Source: Armatimonadota bacterium | GTDB lineage: Bacteria > Armatimonadota > Armatimonadia > Armatimonadales > Armatimonadaceae | Direction: 5' to 3' | Assembly (NCBI GenBank): GCA_043754515.1 | Contig: JAYUUO010000012.1 | Span: 1-19,255, forward strand | Length of the DNA: 19,255 bases | Shown: one piece after another, positions 16,991 to 19,255 of the stretch | Layout of the letters: every line of letters starts with the position of its first letter | How positions within the stretch are numbered: the stretch's first letter is position 1 | Notes under the pieces: generated by a model | Databases searched by the model: none | What the model was told of the DNA's origin: nothing | Seen by the model: only the letters and a program-made list of their open reading frames with translations | Made by a program: the position numbers and the translations under genes

Positions 16991-17620
16991 ATGAACATTT
17001 TGCACCTCGAAACGTCGCCTCGCGGCACCGAATCGCACTCGCGCCAGGTCGCCGAAAAACTCGTCGCCGCCCTGCGCCAGGCGAAGCCGGACGCGACCAT
17101 GACGTACCGCGACCTGAATGACCCGGTGGTCCCGCACGTCTCCGGTGACTGGGTTCGCGCCGCGACATACGGCGCGGCGGCGGGACAGGCACCGACCGAC
17201 GCGACGCGGGCGACGCTCGCCCTCTCCGACACACTTGTCGCCGAACTACAAGCCGCCGACATGATCGTGCTCGCAACTCCGATGTACAACTTCTCCGTGC
17301 CGTCGGTCGCCAAAGCCTACATTGACCACGTCGTGCGCATCGGCGTCACGGTCCAGTACACCGCGACCGGCCCCGTGGGTCAGGTGACCGGCAAGAAAAT
17401 GTTCGCCGTCACCGCGTACGGCGGCGGCGGATATGGCGAGGGCGCGGAGCGCGAAAGCATCAACTTCGCGGACGGCCTAATCCAGACCGCGTTCGGCTTT
17501 ATCGGGATCACCGACGTTACGCTCATCCCGGTCGAGGGCACGCTGGGCGGCGACGAGTCCGTTCAGAAGTCACACAAAAAGGCCGACGAACAGATCGCGA
17601 AGATCGTGGCGGCACTCTGA
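16991..17620 (+). CDS. azoR: FMN-dependent NADH-azoreductase
   Basis: ILHLETSPRG..SHS, YRDL, LSDTLVAELQAAD.IV.ATPMYNFSVP...KAYIDHV.R.G.T, FGFIGITD. Confidence 0.9.
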   Translation: MNILHLETSPRGTESHSRQVAEKLVAALRQAKPDATMTYRDLNDPVVPHVSGDWVRAATYGAAAGQAPTDATRATLALSDTLVAELQAADMIVLATPMYNFSVPSVAKAYIDHVVRIGVTVQYTATGPVGQVTGKKMFAVTAYGGGGYGEGAERESINFADGLIQTAFGFIGITDVTLIPVEGTLGGDESVQKSHKKADEQIAKIVAAL

Positions 17621-17674
17621 ACCCGGACTATTCACCCGGCTAATATTCCTTTGCATCAGACGGAAAGTCATCCC

Positions 17675-18742
17675 ATGCCAACCTTATTCGACCCGATCAC
17701 GCTCGGCGATCTCGAACTGCCGAACCGAATTATTTACGCGCCGCTGACCCGGTGCCGCGCCGTTGACCGGCGTATCCCGAACGATCTGATGCGCGAATAT
17801 TACGTGCAACGGGCGTCGGCGGGACTGATCTTCACCGAAGCGACTTCGGTCACTCCGATGGGCGTCGGCTATCCGGACACGCCCGGCATCTGGTCGGACG
17901 AACAGACCGCCGCCTGGAAGAATATCGTGGACGCGGTTCACGCGGCGGGCGGACGCATCGTGTCGCAACTCTGGCACGTCGGGCGCATTTCGCACCCGTT
18001 CTACCTGAACGGCGAACTTCCGGTGTCGTCGTCCGCCATCGCGCCGCTCGGACAGGTGCGCGTCCAGAACCACGAGCAGACCCCGTACGTCACGCCGCGC
18101 GCCCTGGAGACGGCGGAAATCCCCGGTGTCATTGAGGCGTACCGGGTCGGCGCGGAGAACGCGAAGCGGGCCGGGTTCGACGGCGTGGAGGTCCACGGCG
18201 CGAACGGCTACCTGCCGGATCAGTTCCTGCGCACCGGCACTAACACGCGTACCGATGAGTACGGCGGCTCCCTCGAAAACCGCGCCCGCTTCCTCCTGAA
18301 GACGACCGACGCCGCGATCTCTGTCTGGGGCGCGGGCCGCGTCGGGGTGCATCTGTCCCCGCGCAACATGGACGGATCGGGCGCGGTGGACACAAACCCG
18401 CGTGAAACGTTCGGCTACGTCGCGGACGAGCTAGGCAGGAGGAAAGTAGCCTACCTGTTTATCAGGGAGGGCATCGGCGGCGGGGAGCGGTTCGCGCCGG
18501 AGATGAAGCAACGGTTCGGCGGGCCGGTGATCGCCAACGAATCGTTCACGCCGGAAGAGGCGGCGCGGGTGCTCGCGGAAGGCGAAGCGGACGCGGTGTC
18601 GTGGGGCAAGCAGTACCTCGCCAACCCGGATCTGCCAGAGCGCATCAAGCGCGGCGGCCCGTTTAACGAGCCGGACACGAAGACTTTTTATGCGCCGGGT
18701 GCGCACGGGTATACGGACTATCCGTTCCTGCCTGGAGTGTGA
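17675..18742 (+). CDS. Old Yellow Enzyme family alkene reductase (NemA/XenB-like)
   Basis: LPNRI..APLTR.RA, YYVQRASAGLI, QLWHVGR, GFDGVEVHGANGYL.DQFL, RTDEYGGSLENRARF, ANPDL, GYTDYP. ATG at 17675. Confidence 0.95.
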   Translation: MPTLFDPITLGDLELPNRIIYAPLTRCRAVDRRIPNDLMREYYVQRASAGLIFTEATSVTPMGVGYPDTPGIWSDEQTAAWKNIVDAVHAAGGRIVSQLWHVGRISHPFYLNGELPVSSSAIAPLGQVRVQNHEQTPYVTPRALETAEIPGVIEAYRVGAENAKRAGFDGVEVHGANGYLPDQFLRTGTNTRTDEYGGSLENRARFLLKTTDAAISVWGAGRVGVHLSPRNMDGSGAVDTNPRETFGYVADELGRRKVAYLFIREGIGGGERFAPEMKQRFGGPVIANESFTPEEAARVLAEGEADAVSWGKQYLANPDLPERIKRGGPFNEPDTKTFYAPGAHGYTDYPFLPGV

Positions 18743-18752
18743 CGCGTACGGT

Positions 18753-18904
18753 TCGGTGTTCTTGGGGCGGCGTGGCGCGGTGAGCGGGCGATGGGTTGTT
18801 GCGGTGTCCGCTCACCCGACCGGGACAACTCATTGTCCGCTCCCCACGGACACCGCAACAACCCATCGCCCGCCCACCGCGCCACGCCGCCCCAAGAACA
18901 CCGA
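18753..18904. repeat. Long inverted repeat: 58-bp arms with 1 mismatch, 36-bp structured spacer
   Basis: 18753-18810 is the reverse complement of 18847-18904 except for one position. Confidence 0.95.
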
Positions 18905-18936
18905 TCATCCCCGCCGCCTCGCCTCGTTGGTAGCAA

Positions 18937-18945
18937 TGGTATACT
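18937..18945 (+). promoter_or_regulatory. Extended -10 element (TGgTATACT) of a probably leaderless gene
   Basis: Ends 9 nt before the ATG at 18955; no Shine-Dalgarno sequence between them. Confidence 0.55.
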
Positions 18946-18954
18946 AACGGTAAG

Positions 18955-19255
18955 ATGCCCCCTTCGAAAACCAAGCGCAACAAGCGTTCCTACTCCGGTC
19001 TGACCGCACAGGAAGTGTTCGCGCTCATAGGGCGCGGCACGCTGAGCGCGTGGGAAATCGCCGTGTCCCCCCGCGCCCCCTCCCCGACGCTCCTTGAGGT
19101 GCTCAAACGGCTCAACTCCTTCATGATCAAGGGATCCGAGGCGGGCAAGGAACTCCTCATTGACGCCCTGCTCGCCGAGATCGTGCCTCACCACCCGAAC
19201 CTGCGCGTCTGGAAAGGCGTGCCGCTCGAAACCGACACGCTCATCGGGTCCGCCG
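18955..19255 (+). CDS. Hypothetical protein, N-terminal part only; possible restriction-endonuclease-like (HsdR-N-like) family
   Basis: Not in the ORF track because it has no stop in the window. Translates as MPPSKTKRNKRSYSGLTAQEVFALIGRGTLSAWEIAVSPRAPSPTLLEVLKRLNSFMIKGSEAGKELLIDALLAEIVPHHPNLRVWKGVPLETDTLIGSA..., with GC-rich third positions. Confidence 0.65.
   Translation, partial: MPPSKTKRNKRSYSGLTAQEVFALIGRGTLSAWEIAVSPRAPSPTLLEVLKRLNSFMIKGSEAGKELLIDALLAEIVPHHPNLRVWKGVPLETDTLIGSA

Noticed and set aside
10379..18352. Long antisense or alternate-frame ORFs (10379-11284, 12139-12684, 15102-15638, 16728-17313, 17684-18352 and similar)
   Set aside because: Expected in high-GC DNA opposite real genes; no motifs.
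18663..19194. ORFs spanning the long palindrome (18663-18983, 18690-18947, 18718-19194, 18791-19003)
   Set aside because: Both strands give the same peptide pieces because of the inverted repeat; they are by-products of the palindrome.
1..19255. CRISPR array, tRNA or rRNA genes
   Set aside because: No regularly spaced direct repeats with spacers and no recognisable tRNA or rRNA sequence were seen.

Overview
Mostly high-GC bacterial DNA with a decaying, IS-rich left end and an intact core on the right. Left part (1-7053): an IS1182-family element with both terminal inverted repeats, whose transposase is broken by two short palindromic insertions (26 and 31 bp); an AT-richer relic of a probable polymorphic-toxin C-terminal nuclease domain with an intact downstream partner gene; a complete IS982-family element; and a secreted CBM-like + GH42-like glycoside hydrolase pseudogene. 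Middle part: a small membrane protein, a PAP2 phosphatase, an RbsD/FucU protein, and a divergent locus. That locus has a TPR protein with an NHLP/Os1348-like C-terminal domain, a lipoprotein and a membrane protein on the minus strand, and a CHASE2 adenylate cyclase plus FecR-domain protein on the plus strand, with a perfect TGTGA-N6-TCACA (CRP-type) box between them. Right part: a matrixin-like metalloprotease, a secreted two-repeat protein with a second CRP-like box, azoR, an Old Yellow Enzyme gene, a 152-bp near-perfect palindrome, and the start of a probably leaderless nuclease-like gene cut by the window end. The strongest candidates for something new are the tiny hairpin insertions, the CRP-boxed CHASE2-cyclase/FecR/TPR signalling locus, and the long palindrome next to a nuclease-like gene. 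All protein family calls come from motif recognition by eye; no searches were run.
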